Below are positions 23,727 to 35,700 of a DNA stretch of 64,000 nucleotides, piece after piece. The notes beneath the pieces are model-generated. The model did no database searches, was not told the origin of the DNA, and saw only the letters and a program-made list of their open reading frames with translations. The position numbers and the translations under genes were made by a program. The first letter of the stretch is position 1. The number at the start of each line of letters is the position of its first letter. The DNA is from the human T2T-CHM13v2.0 reference genome, Homo sapiens: NCBI RefSeq assembly GCF_009914755.1, contig NC_060925.1, one strand, 5' to 3'.

Positions 23727-26700
23727 TCACATGATGTCCACGAAGAACTCGCAGGGGTTCCCCATAGCCTTCTGGAAGGACTGGCGGCTGCCTGTCAATT
23801 CCGGGGGGACGGCAGCCAGCTCCCGGACAGGGGGTCCCCCGGGTGGCCCCCCCACCACTGTATAGGCCTTGGTCGTGGGGTGGGGCGGGGGGAGCCCCGG
23901 GGCGGTAGCCGAGGCCTGACTGCGTGGGCTGCTGCCACGGCTGAGCTGGCCGGCCGGACGCTCTCGCCAGCTGCTCCCCACCCCACTCGGTGCCGTGTGA
24001 TCCGATTCACTGCCACTGCCCCCAGCTCCCGCCGCCCGACGCTCCTTCTCACGGCCCGGGGCCCGGCGGCTGCTCCGGGTGGACCCACTGCTTTTGCTCC
24101 CTGGGAGTGAGAACAGGATGGGGAAGGAGCCTGTCAGCACCAGGCCCGGCCACGTCCAGAACAACCGCCCCCGCCAGGTGACCGGGCAGGAACGGTGGCC
24201 CGTGCAGGACGGGTGGGTGGGGCAGCCATGCAGGCGCGAGGACAGGGCCGGCACCCCCAGGGTCGCAGGGGCAGCTGCGGCAGGCATGGGCTGGTGGGGG
24301 CAGTGGGAGGCAGGCAGGGTCCTGGGGCAAGCTGGGCGCCCCCACACCTCACCCCGATGCTTGAGCTGAGGGCCTGGTCTTGCGGCTGAAAGACTGAGGT
24401 GCCAGCGAGGGCCCCTCATGCCCGGTGCCCCCGTGGCCATCCTGGATTCCCCACCCAAGGCCCCACTGTCCCCCCGGCCCAGGACCCTGGCCGACGGATG
24501 ACTCAGCTCAGCCCTGTCCTGGGCTCCCAAGACGCAGTGGGAGCTGGAGGGCGTGGCTGGCTGGGGACATGCTGAGGGACCCCGGGCGGGACCCTGGCTT
24601 ACCGGCCCAAGGTCCGCTCCGCTAGTCCTTCAGTCTAAGGCTTGTTTAGCACAAGACAAGGGATAGCACGAGTTACACGCCCGGCTGCCTGGCACCTGCC
24701 CGGCACCCACCCGCCACCAGTGGGGACTGACCGCGGGCTGGGCGGGGCTGAAGTGGGCGCAAGCGCCGGTCGAGGGTCAGTAGACACCCAGCGTGGCTTC
24801 TCTGCGGTCCCACACCCTCTGGCCGCCTCTCCTCTCTCGCCCTCCTTCCTGGGCCCTCCACGAAGCCACCTGCACCCCTCCCTGGCCTGCAGACGCCCCT
24901 GCTGGCCTCACCAACCCCACCCACTGGGGCCTCTGCTCCACCAGGCAACACCTCAGGAACACTCTGGATCCCCGGCCCCTAAACACACCCCAGCCAGGGG
25001 CACAAGGCTAGGATGCACGGCACCATCCACGTCAGGCTCCCTACCCGGGCTGCAGCTGCCACCCTCCTGTGTCCTGGGGCCTAGAAAGTGACCCTGTCAG
25101 ACTCCTTGGCCACCCCTGCCCTGTCCTTGTCACATGGCCCATGGCCACATGGTCTCAGGGCCTCCTGCCTCTACCATAGGAGAACCACCAGCCGCCACCC
25201 CTACCAGGCACAGCCGCCCAGGCCGCCAGGCTCCTGGAGGCCCCTCATCCCAATCCCACCCAGATGAGGTGGGGTCCAGGCTGCCCCTGTGTGAGACGCT
25301 TCCCTGTCCTCCCCATTCACGCTGGCTCCTGGATCCCCCTGGCACTTGCCTTTTCCAGAAGGAGCCCACCCAGGGCCCAAGTACACAGCAGGAGCATGGG
25401 ATTGGGGTCAGCAGAGAAGCAGGGCGGAGCAGCAGCGGGGTGGGGTGGAGCTGGGGGTGGAGCAGCAGCGGGGTGGGGTGGAGCTGGGGGCGGAGCAGCA
25501 GTGGAGTGGGGCGGAGCTGGGGGCGGAGCCGGGGAAGGGCAGGTAGGGGCGGCGTTCTCACCTTCACTCTGCTGACTCCCGGTGCTGCCGCTGCCATAGC
25601 TAAAGCCCGGGTCCTGGTAGGCAGGCGGGAAGCAGGGTGGGGGTCCCGGGTACTGGTAGGGGTAGCCCTGACCCAGAGGCCAGGGGGCAGCCGGGTGGGG
25701 CAGCGGGGCCAGCGTGTCCTGATCCGAAGTCCCACTGGAGCCACTGTTGAGGTTCAGGGTGGCGAGATCTGGCGGGGGAGGGTAGGTGAGGGCCGCGGAG
25801 GGGCCTCCGGCGTTCCCCTCCCCCCCGCCCTGAAGCCCGAAGCCCCCACTCACTGCTGCAGAGATCCCCGAAGACGTAGTAGCACTGCTCGGAGAAGGTG
25901 ATCTTGTTGACCGTGTGCCGCAGGAAGCCGTGCTTCAGCAAGCTGCTGGCGTACTTCCGGGCCTCCCGCCGCTCCTTGAAGCCCTCCACGTGTGTGTACA
26001 GCCAGTCCACCACGTCCGCCCCTGGCCGGCACCAGCGGTCAGCCCGCAGCCTCGAGGCAAGCAGCCCTGCCCCTGGCACTATCCGCCCGCGGGGACGGCC
26101 ACTCACCGATGACGGCATTGGCGATGGTGATCTTGAGCCACATGCGGTCGCGGATCTCCAGTCCCGAGTCTGGCAGCTGCATGACCCGGACGACGGCGCT
26201 CATGTCACTCTTCACCGTCAGCGGCGCCTCTTCCAGCTCTGCAAAGCACAGACAGCCCCGCTTCAGCCCCAGCATCTGAAGGCGGGGGACTCAGGGCCCT
26301 GCACCCCCAGGGGAGCCTCTGGGCAGAGCCTGCGCCAGGGCGCAAGCTGGACGGTGCGTGACAGCAGGGCCCCGGCCCACTGCAGGATGCACCCCCGTGA
26401 GGCTGGGGCGTGAGCAGGGGGGTTGGACATTTAGTCTCCCACTTCTGCAGACACTTTTCATCAGGATCCTAGGCACAAACTGGGCTGACACCCCACCCTG
26501 CAGACCAGGAAGTAATGAGAACAGGGCAGGCCCCTTCCCCTCCCCGCATGCCCCGCCCGAGAGCGCAGGCTGTTAGTCGTGTTAATGGCAGGAAGCAGAA
26601 TGGAGACCTGGCCCCTGCCTCTGACGCCGTGGGTGCTCCCCGCATAGGGGCCCTACGTACATCCCCTGTTCCCAACACACAGACCATGAGCAGGATGGGC

Positions 26701-29700
26701 TGCACAAGGTGGGCACGGGTGCCTGTGCACACGTCTGTGCAGGGAGTTGGGGACAGGCAACACACACGTGTCACAGCCCCATGACGGCCACAGGCGGCCA
26801 TGCTGGAGGCTGGCAGAGACGCCCCCTCCAAGCCTCGGTTTCTGCTGGGGCCCTCAGGAGCTGCCACTTACGTGGAGCACCAGGCACGGAGCTGGTTAGT
26901 GAGGAGGAGCTGGTGCGCGTGACGGCGCTGGAGCAGGGACTCGTACCGTAGCGGGGCAGGGCTCCTGTCAGTGCCGCCGTGTGGGACAGCCAGGCGGCGG
27001 GGTCGATGGGCCGCACCGGGTCAGCTGGGTGGCCGCCACGTGGCGATGACAGGCGGACAGATGGACAGGGTGGGAGGGCAGGGTGCAGGGCACAGAGGAG
27101 AGAGGCCTTCAGGCTAGGTAGGCGCCCCCTCCCCATCCCGCCCCGTGTGCCCCGAGGGCCACTCACCCCGTGGGACGGTGAAGTAGCTTCGGGGCGTTGG
27201 GTCCCAGCACTTGGCCACAGTGAGGCTGATGGGCCTGCAGGAACGGTGGTCACACAGCAAGGCCCCCATGGTCCCACCTCCCTGCCTGGCCCCTCCCGCT
27301 CCAGCGCCCCCAGCCCTCACCCCGTCTGGGAAACGATCTCCCGCAGCACCCGCACGGCATCGTCATTGCTCATGTTCTCAAAGTTCACGTCATTCACCTG
27401 CAGGGGTGGGGATTAGGGTGGTGCAGGCAGGATGTGCAGCTCAGTCCACCGCCCCCGCAGACCCACCCACAGCCGCATGTCCCCCAGCAGCCCCCACAGA
27501 CCCACCCGCAGCCGCATGTCCCCCAGCAGCCCCCGCAGACCCACCCGCAGCCGCATGTCCCCCAGCAGCCCCTACAGACCCACCCGCAGCCGCACGTCAC
27601 CCCAAAGTCCCCACGGACCCACCCGCAGCTACATGTCACCCCGCAGCCCCCACAGACACACCTGCAGCAACATGTCGCCGGGCTCGATGCGGCCGTCAGC
27701 GGCCACAGCCCCGCCCTTCATGATGGAGCCAATGTAGATGCCGCCGTCTCCACGGTCGTTGCTCTGCCCCACGATGCTGATGCCCAGAAAGTGATGTCTT
27801 TCTGCAGGAAGAGCCATGAGCCGCGGCCAAGCCCCTGCCCCTGCCCCCAACCCTCGCCCCGAGGCCTCACCCATGTTGAGCGTGACAGTGACGATGTTGA
27901 GGGACATGGTGGAGTCGGTTATGCTGCTGAAGGAGGAGGCCTATGGAGGAGAGGGGGCGTGTGTAAAAGGCACGGGGCTGCCCGACACTGACTTCGCCTC
28001 CCCAGCCCCGCCCTGCTCCACCCGGCTGCCTACCCGGTCCGCCTGCCGAAGGCGCTGCTTCCTCCGCCGGCGTTTGTGCTTCCGGATGAGTCTGGATGAG
28101 GTGCTCTGCTCCGTGGAGCTGCTGAGCCTGGGAACAGACTGTCAGAGCTCAGAGGAGCTGGAGACATGGGTAGGGGGGTGGGAACCCGCTCCCCCAATAC
28201 TGAGTGGGAATCGGGGGTCTAGGCCAGGCTTGTTCCAAAGCAGGCTCAGTGCCTGACGTCCACGCCCCAGGCCCTGCACACGTGATATGCATATGAGCAC
28301 ACACGAAAATCCCAGAGACAGGCAAACTGGGCACAGACACATGTAGCCAGATCCACTACTGACACACCTGCACACATGCACACCTGCACACACATGCACA
28401 CCTGCACACACGCACCCCTGCACAAGGCACACATGCACACACCTGCACACACACCTGCACACACGCAACCCTGCACACATGCACCCCTGCGCACAGGCAC
28501 ACATGCACACCCCTGCACACGCACGCATGAACACACGCACACCTGCACACGCATGCACACCTGCACACACGCACCCCTGCACACTACACACCTGCACAGG
28601 CACACATGCACACCTGCATACTCACCTGCACACGCACCCCTGCACAATGCACCACTGCACACACGCACCCCTGCACACACATGCACACCTGCACACACGC
28701 ACACCTGCACACAGGCACACCGGCACACACCTGCACACGCACGCCTGCACATGCACACCTGCACGCACACCTTCACATACACCTGTACAAGCACACCTGC
28801 ACACACGCACATCTGCACACGCACACCTGCACACACGCACACGCACACATGCACACACCTGCGCACACGCGTGCATTGTGAAAACGCTCACGTGCACACT
28901 GTGAAAACGCACCTCACACACACATACATGCACACACAGACATGCGCATCATGTACATAAACGTTTGCACACAGGTACATGCACAGACACATCCGCAATG
29001 TGAAAACGCCTCACACAGACACACATGCACAAGCAGACACGTGCATCATGTACACATTTGCACGCGGGCACACACACAGGCGCGCACACACGTGCACAGT
29101 GAAAACACCTCATGTGGAACACGTGCACAAGCACACGTGCATCATGTACACAGACATTTGCAGGCACACACATGCACACACACGCACACACGTGCAATGT
29201 GAAAACACCTCATGCAGACACACACATGCACATCATGTACAGACATTTGCAAGTGGGCACACAGGCATACACGCCCACAGACACTCCCACACACCTGCTC
29301 GTGCTGCCATCCTCGTCCGAGTCCACAAAGCTGCTGGACTCAAGCTCGCTGCTGAGGGCGGTGGACGCGCTGTCTGGGGGCAGCCCCACATCCCGCCGTC
29401 GGTCTCCCCTTGGGTGCCCATTGGTCCGGGCGGCTGTGGGGGCAGCAGGTTGGGAACTGACTGCAGGGTCTCCCAGAGGTCATGGGTTTGGGGCTGCCTG
29501 GGCAGTGCTGCATGCCTGTGGGTCTGGGAGCTGGCAGCTCAACTGTAGGCTCGCTGGGCCTGTGCCTCCACCCAAGCACCGCCACTGGCTGGGGGACAGG
29601 AACTGCTGTAGTAGGAACATGGCTCATGGGGGTCCCAGGGAGGCTGGGGGTCCACAGCTGGGCAGACATGACCACTGTACCCTCCTCGCGGTTCCGGCGT

Positions 29701-32700
29701 CGGGCACGCTCCCGCCGGTGACTGACCATGGACTCCGTGCCTGTCTCGTTGTCCATCCCGTCACGGCTGCTGGCCACATTCGGGCTGTGCAACAAGAGCA
29801 GGGTGGGTGGGGAGGCCGTGGCCCCAGCCCCTCAGATGCCGCCCAGCCCAGCCTCCCCTCGCCTGTGGGACCCCAGCCCCAGCAGGTGCCACGCCCGCCT
29901 ACTGGCCCAGGCAGGCCTCCCTCCCCTGTTGGCCAGCAACCCCCATGACAGGCTTGGGGTAGCAGGGCCCAGCGCCCACGGTGTCCTTACTGGAAGGAGG
30001 GGGGCCGGGAGTCCCCGATGCCGCCTGTCCGCTCAAGAGGCGGGGGCAGGTCTGTGTGGCTGTCCGTGCCCTGGGACCCCGCATCCGAGTGAGCACCCTC
30101 AGCCAGGACCAGCTGTGGAGGGAGCAGGCATGCTCAGGGGAGCCCACCCGCCTTCAGGACGCCTCCTCAGGGCACCCAGGGAACAGGGGGCCAGCAAGCT
30201 GCCCTATCCGCACCCAGCCTGCCAGGGCCTCCCCACACCCACCGCCTCCCCCAGGAAGAGCCCCACCCTGGAATGCTCCCCAGGCGAGCCTTCGGGGCCA
30301 AGACACAGGGGCTCACCCAGGAGACCACGCGGCCGTTGAAGCAGGGAAGCTTGGCATTGTCATCAAAGATCTCCTCCTTCACCACCCTGTGGGCATATGC
30401 TGCCGTGAGGCCCCACCTGGGGGGCCCAACCCTGCGGTTCTAGAGGTGAGGCCTGGAGAGCAGGCGCTCCTCCTGCCCACACAACGTCACTCTGTGGACA
30501 CCCCTGCTAGCGCATTCTCCTCTTGGGAACCGTCCTTCCTCTCCGTCACATCCTGGGCCCCCACCCCCCCAGCATGGGGCCAGTCACTCTGCGGACACCC
30601 CTGCTAACGCACTCTCCTCTCGGGAACCGTCCTTCCTCTCCGTCACATCCTGGGCCCCCACCCCCCCAGCATGGGGACAGTGGCTGTGGACATCCTCACA
30701 GGGGCAGCTCAGCCAAAGGCTCTCAGTCCCCTGCAGCGTTGGTCCCCAGCCCCCAGGTAGGAGGACAGCTAGGGTGAGGCCTCCTTGGGAAAGCCCCCGT
30801 GCCCAGCTGCCCTCGGTTCATGTATGTGGTGGCCCCAGACGCTGTCTCCAACCACCCCCACCTCATCTGTTCCTGGGGCTTGGAGCCCCCCCCCCAGGGC
30901 TTCCCCCACACTGGGACTCCTCAGGGCCAGGCCCCAGCCTCCTCAGCAGCAGCAGCTGCACCTACCGGGCCCCAAGGCTCCCCAGGCTATTCCCTGTCCC
31001 TTGCCCCAGACCTCAGGTCCACCGCTCCACCTCCCAGCCAGCTCCAGACCAGCCGCCCACCCCTCAACAGCCAGGGCATCAGGCCACCTGCACCCACCCC
31101 TGCACTCAGACCTGTCATTCCCAACCAGGAGCCCAAATCCCCCAGCAGCCTCCTCTCCATCATGCCAGCCATGCCCTATGGCCCTACTCCACCCTCCTGG
31201 CGTCTCAGGAGCAGCCTCAGGTCCCAGGCCCTGTGCCTGCCTGCCCAGGGTCAGGCTCTGTGAGGGCAGGGCTTTGCCTGACCCCTGCCCTGCACCCCTA
31301 GTCAGGCTCACAGTCCACCTACAAGGACTCTCAGACCCGACGGACGGACGTAGGTGGGCTGGGAGGGCCCACAGGTCCCCAGAGGCCGCCCACCACCCTC
31401 CTGTCCTGTCCACCTAGCCAGGGAGACAAAGACCTCCACTCACCAAACCTCCCTGCACCTCAGGACCTAGAGGGGCAGCAGGGGATGCGGAGCCGGCAGG
31501 GCCCCCAGGAGAGCAAGCTGGCCAGGTGCCTCACCAGTCCACCCCCAGGTCAGATAGGCTTGGGAACGGGGCAGAGGGCACCCAGGCAGGCCGCAGAGGG
31601 TCAGGGGACACGAACCAGGAGGAGGCCGGGTGACCCGAGCTCAGAGTTCAGAGGGCAGGGTGGCAACCCACACGGCACAGAGGGGATGGCTGGGCAGGGG
31701 CAGGTCCCCAGGCCAAGGAGCAAGGCAGGCAGGGCTGTGGTCGACACTCACACTGTGACCTCTGAGGGCCCAGGCAGCAGGCTGGGTAGGATCTGGACGC
31801 CGCCTCGTGGCACCCTGCCCTGCCCAGCAGCATTTTCCACGCCCGGGACTTGGGCCCAGTGGAGAAATAGGAGCCCGGAGACGGGGCTTGGCCTGGCCGC
31901 ACACCTGGCAGGAAGCGGCCTTGTGGCTGCTAGTCCCACTGCGAGCTACAGAGCCACCCCGACTGGCCGCTCCAGGTCCCCTGACCCCGGGGCACCTTGA
32001 CTCAGCCAGACTCCGAAGCAGTAGGTAGCAGGAGGCCCCCGGCAAAGTGGCAAACCCACACTCTCACCCAAGCCCTGGCCCACCCACTTGCTGGGAAGAG
32101 GCCCCAAGCCTCAGGGCAGAGTGGACAGCAGGCAGGGCCAGCCCAGGTGGGAGCAGGGACCCCTACCTAGCCCTCTGGGGTCCTGCAGCTGCCTCCCCAG
32201 GCCACCCAGGGCCAGGCCATGAGGTAGACGCCCCCAAAGAGCAGAGAAGGTCACTTCTCGGACCCCTCCACGTCTGCTGCCCCCACACAGGAGCCTTCCC
32301 AGGTAAGACCATGACCCCATGCCAGGCTGAGGCCGCCACAGTGAGAGGCTGTCACACCTGAAAGGCTGGAGCAACCCAGGGTGAGGCGGGCCCCACGGAC
32401 ACCGAGGCCACCACTAGCTGCCGCCAGGGGGCCAGGGCCCACAGTGAGCCCTTGTCTCTAATGGACCTGACCACAGCAGAGCCCCTGGCAGGGTCCCCAC
32501 CTCAGTCCCTGACACACGGCCCCAGGTGGCCTGGCCGGCAGCTTCTCCCCTGCCACACCCAACCCCAGCACCCTCTGACTCACCTGAGGGAGACACTCAG
32601 TCACCCAGCACCCTCTGACTCACCGGAGGGAGACTCGGCCACCCAGCACCCTCTGACTCACTGGAGGGAGACTCGGCCACCCAGCACCCCAGTACAGCAC

Positions 32701-35700
32701 CCGCCTGGCTCCACCGGAAGAGGGCCCTGCCCCCTCCCACCATCCAGAGTGGCCCAAGCCCGCACGGCCCACCCAGCCAGGGCCTCACGAAGACCCCAGG
32801 CTGCCTGGGATGTCCCTGCCCCCTGCCCCCTCACAGATGTCCAGCCAGGACCCAGAGGCCCTACTCACTCCGCCCTCTTCAGCCCAACAGGGTGTAACAA
32901 GTCCTCCCCTGCCCCCAGTGGCAGGGTGCAGACCCAAGCCTGGCTGGGCCAGGAGAAAGGGAGCAGGACCCAAACAGCACAGAGGGAAGGGTGGGGTCTG
33001 CCTGGGGCTCCAGGGATCAGCTACCCAGGTCCCAGGCAGAGCCCTGCCGTCCCCACCCCAGCCAGATGGGGGAGGGTGCTGGAGGCTGGCCAGGCATTGG
33101 GGGCGTACCCACAACCCGGGGTCCCCGCGCCTCTGTAGCAGCCTCCGCTGAAACTCACGGCAGCTGCCAGGGGCGCCCCTGCCGGCACTGTGCCCCCACC
33201 TTGGGATTCCCTGTGAGGCCTGGCTAACCTGTGTGCTGCCCCCACAGACCCGCCCCGGGGAGGAATCCACTCAGAGGCAGCGCCCTGGGAGCCAGCATGG
33301 CCACACAGGATGCAGAGAACCCTCCAGACTCCCAGAGGCCACAGCCAGCTGCCCTAGACGTGGCGTGGTCCCGAATGCACCCCATTCTCCCAAGGCGGAG
33401 CAGGAAGCTGGCAGGGGTAGCTGGCCCAGGACAGGCGGTGCAGAGCCATCCTGTGCCCTCAGAGCCCCCTGTGCACGCCCCAGGTCAGGGCCCTCAGCCT
33501 TGGGGGTCTGTGGCCTCCCAACCCCTGACCCCAGAGCCAGGGGCTCTCCACCAGCCTGTCCCCTGGGTGGTGCCGAGTCCTGGGATCTCTTTGTGCCCCT
33601 CCCCCGGTTCAGGACACACAGGCTCAAGTGTCCCTGCTAGGCCATGGCTATGAGTGCAGTAGGTGAACTGCCTGGACCCTCCCAAAACCAGGGAGGCACT
33701 CAGGGCACAGAGAGGCTGAGTCACAGACCCCAAGTGGCACAGCCAGGGAGGGCGGAGTGGGAACTCCCCCCACAGCCCAGGCCAGGCAGAGCCTCCCCAA
33801 CTCCATAGCTCCCCACAGCACCACCCAGGACACAAGGAGCTGTCACAACACCGAGGCCCATGGCAGGCGGCCCTGGGGACCAGGGCTTTGGGCCCACAGC
33901 CTTGCCTCCACCCATCCCCCAGTCCCAGGCCTGGGTCACCCCCACCTCGGAGATGAACTGTGGGAGCTGTGCCCAACAGACAGCCTCGGTGCCAAGTCCA
34001 GCAGGCCCAGCATCCGCCACGCACCCAGCAGTGGGGACCCGGAGCCAAACACCCTCCCTCCTCTGCCTCGGCCCAAGGCTGGGCGAGACCCCCTGCCAAC
34101 CACCAAACCCAGCACCAGGCAGAGACCCTCCCCAATTCTGCCCTCCTCCCAGCCCTGGGGATCTTGGGTCAGAATAGCTGTGACCAGGGCATGAAAAGTG
34201 GAGGACAGGCGGGGGACCTTCACCCACTGGGCCAAAGCCGTGCGTGGGGAGTGGGGTCCAGACCAGGGCACGTGGTTGTGGCCATGACACAGGCTCCCTG
34301 CACTGCAAGGTGGTCAGTCATGCTCTGGAGCAGAGGCTGGGGAACCAGGGCTGGGCTGAGAATGCAGCGGGGGCTGGCGCAGGAACCCCCGACTCACCAG
34401 GGCCTCCTCAGCGTCCCCAGCCTGAAGCTCCCTCTCTTATGAAGGCCACCCCAGACCAGCGAGGACCTGCCTTCTCTTCCCCCCATCTCCAACTACATTC
34501 GCTTGGCATCCAGGGCCAGTGTCTAGTTCAGCAGTCGCTTAAGCTAAAGTATTACTGACCAACCAGCCCCTCCCACGGGGGTTCTATTCCACAGAACAGA
34601 CAGTGCTGAGAGGTCTGCGGGTAGAACTCAGGGGAAGGGATGAAGGAAGTAATTGATGAGGGTCCTCCGTAGGCTCCTGAGGCCACCAGCCAGAGGACCA
34701 GGGAGGACACAGAGCAAGGCCCCCATCCCAGCCAGAGGACCTGGGAGGCTACAGAGCAAGGCCCTCGTCTTGGACCTCCAGCATCACCCCAGTCCATTCT
34801 TTCCAACCCCCACAGCCCAGCCCAGCCCAGCCCTGACCTCTGCAGCCCCACTGACTCCCAGCCCCCTGTAAGTCTGCAGCCTCCAAAGCTGTACACTGAA
34901 GCTCCCCTGTCTCTTTCCTGGCCGCATCCCCAAGCCTGCCTCGACACCCAGACCTGCCCACCCTGTTCCCAGGCCCGGGCACCCACGCGTCCTCCAAATG
35001 TGCCCAGCAGGTGCAGCCACTGCTAGAAGTGCACTAGGGCAACAGTCAGGCTGTCTCTGCCCTGGGCAGCCCCCGGTGGGTGTCAGGAGCAGAAGGCGGA
35101 CTCCCCCAGGGCTTCATCCCAGAGCATGGTCCAGGAGCAGAACCTGGGGGCTGGGCACCTCCTCACTACGCATTTCCTGGTGGCACACATTTGCAACAAA
35201 CAGCATTAGTAACTTTGGTAACTTTCGTTAGAATAATAAACTAAGTCAAAAACAAAAGTACCTGACACATGCCCCATGCTCAAGGCCAAAGCAGCCCAGG
35301 CCCAGAGAAGCAGGGACTGCAAGGTGCCCCAGCTGGGGAGGAGCCCGGACCAGACTCAGAAAACAAACCGCCCCCTCCTGCCCAACCTGACCGGAGCGGG
35401 CAGGAGGGCCGCTGAGCCGAGTGGGGAGCGCCCAGCCTTCAAAGGCTGCCAAGGACGCACCCTGCCCTCTCTGCTTTGCCTGGTCGTGGGGGTGGGGAAG
35501 GAAAGTACAGCTGTCTAGATGTCCCTTGGGCCCCCCTGAGAGCTCCAGAGCGGACCCAGCCTGACTGGACCTGGGGCTGCCTGAGGACCCTGCAACCACA
35601 GAATCCAAGAAACAACCTTAATGTCACAATCCCAAGAAGCGGCCACACACAAGGACACCGCTTGCCGGAGGCTCACCTCCTGGGGCCACGAGGCCTGAGC

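Noticed and set aside
17060-29294. TG-rich repeat (17060-17885) and CA-rich repeat (28360-29294) as inverted ends of an element flanking TAS1R3
   Set aside because: Similarity is only compositional; unit sequences differ; no terminal structure or TSD.
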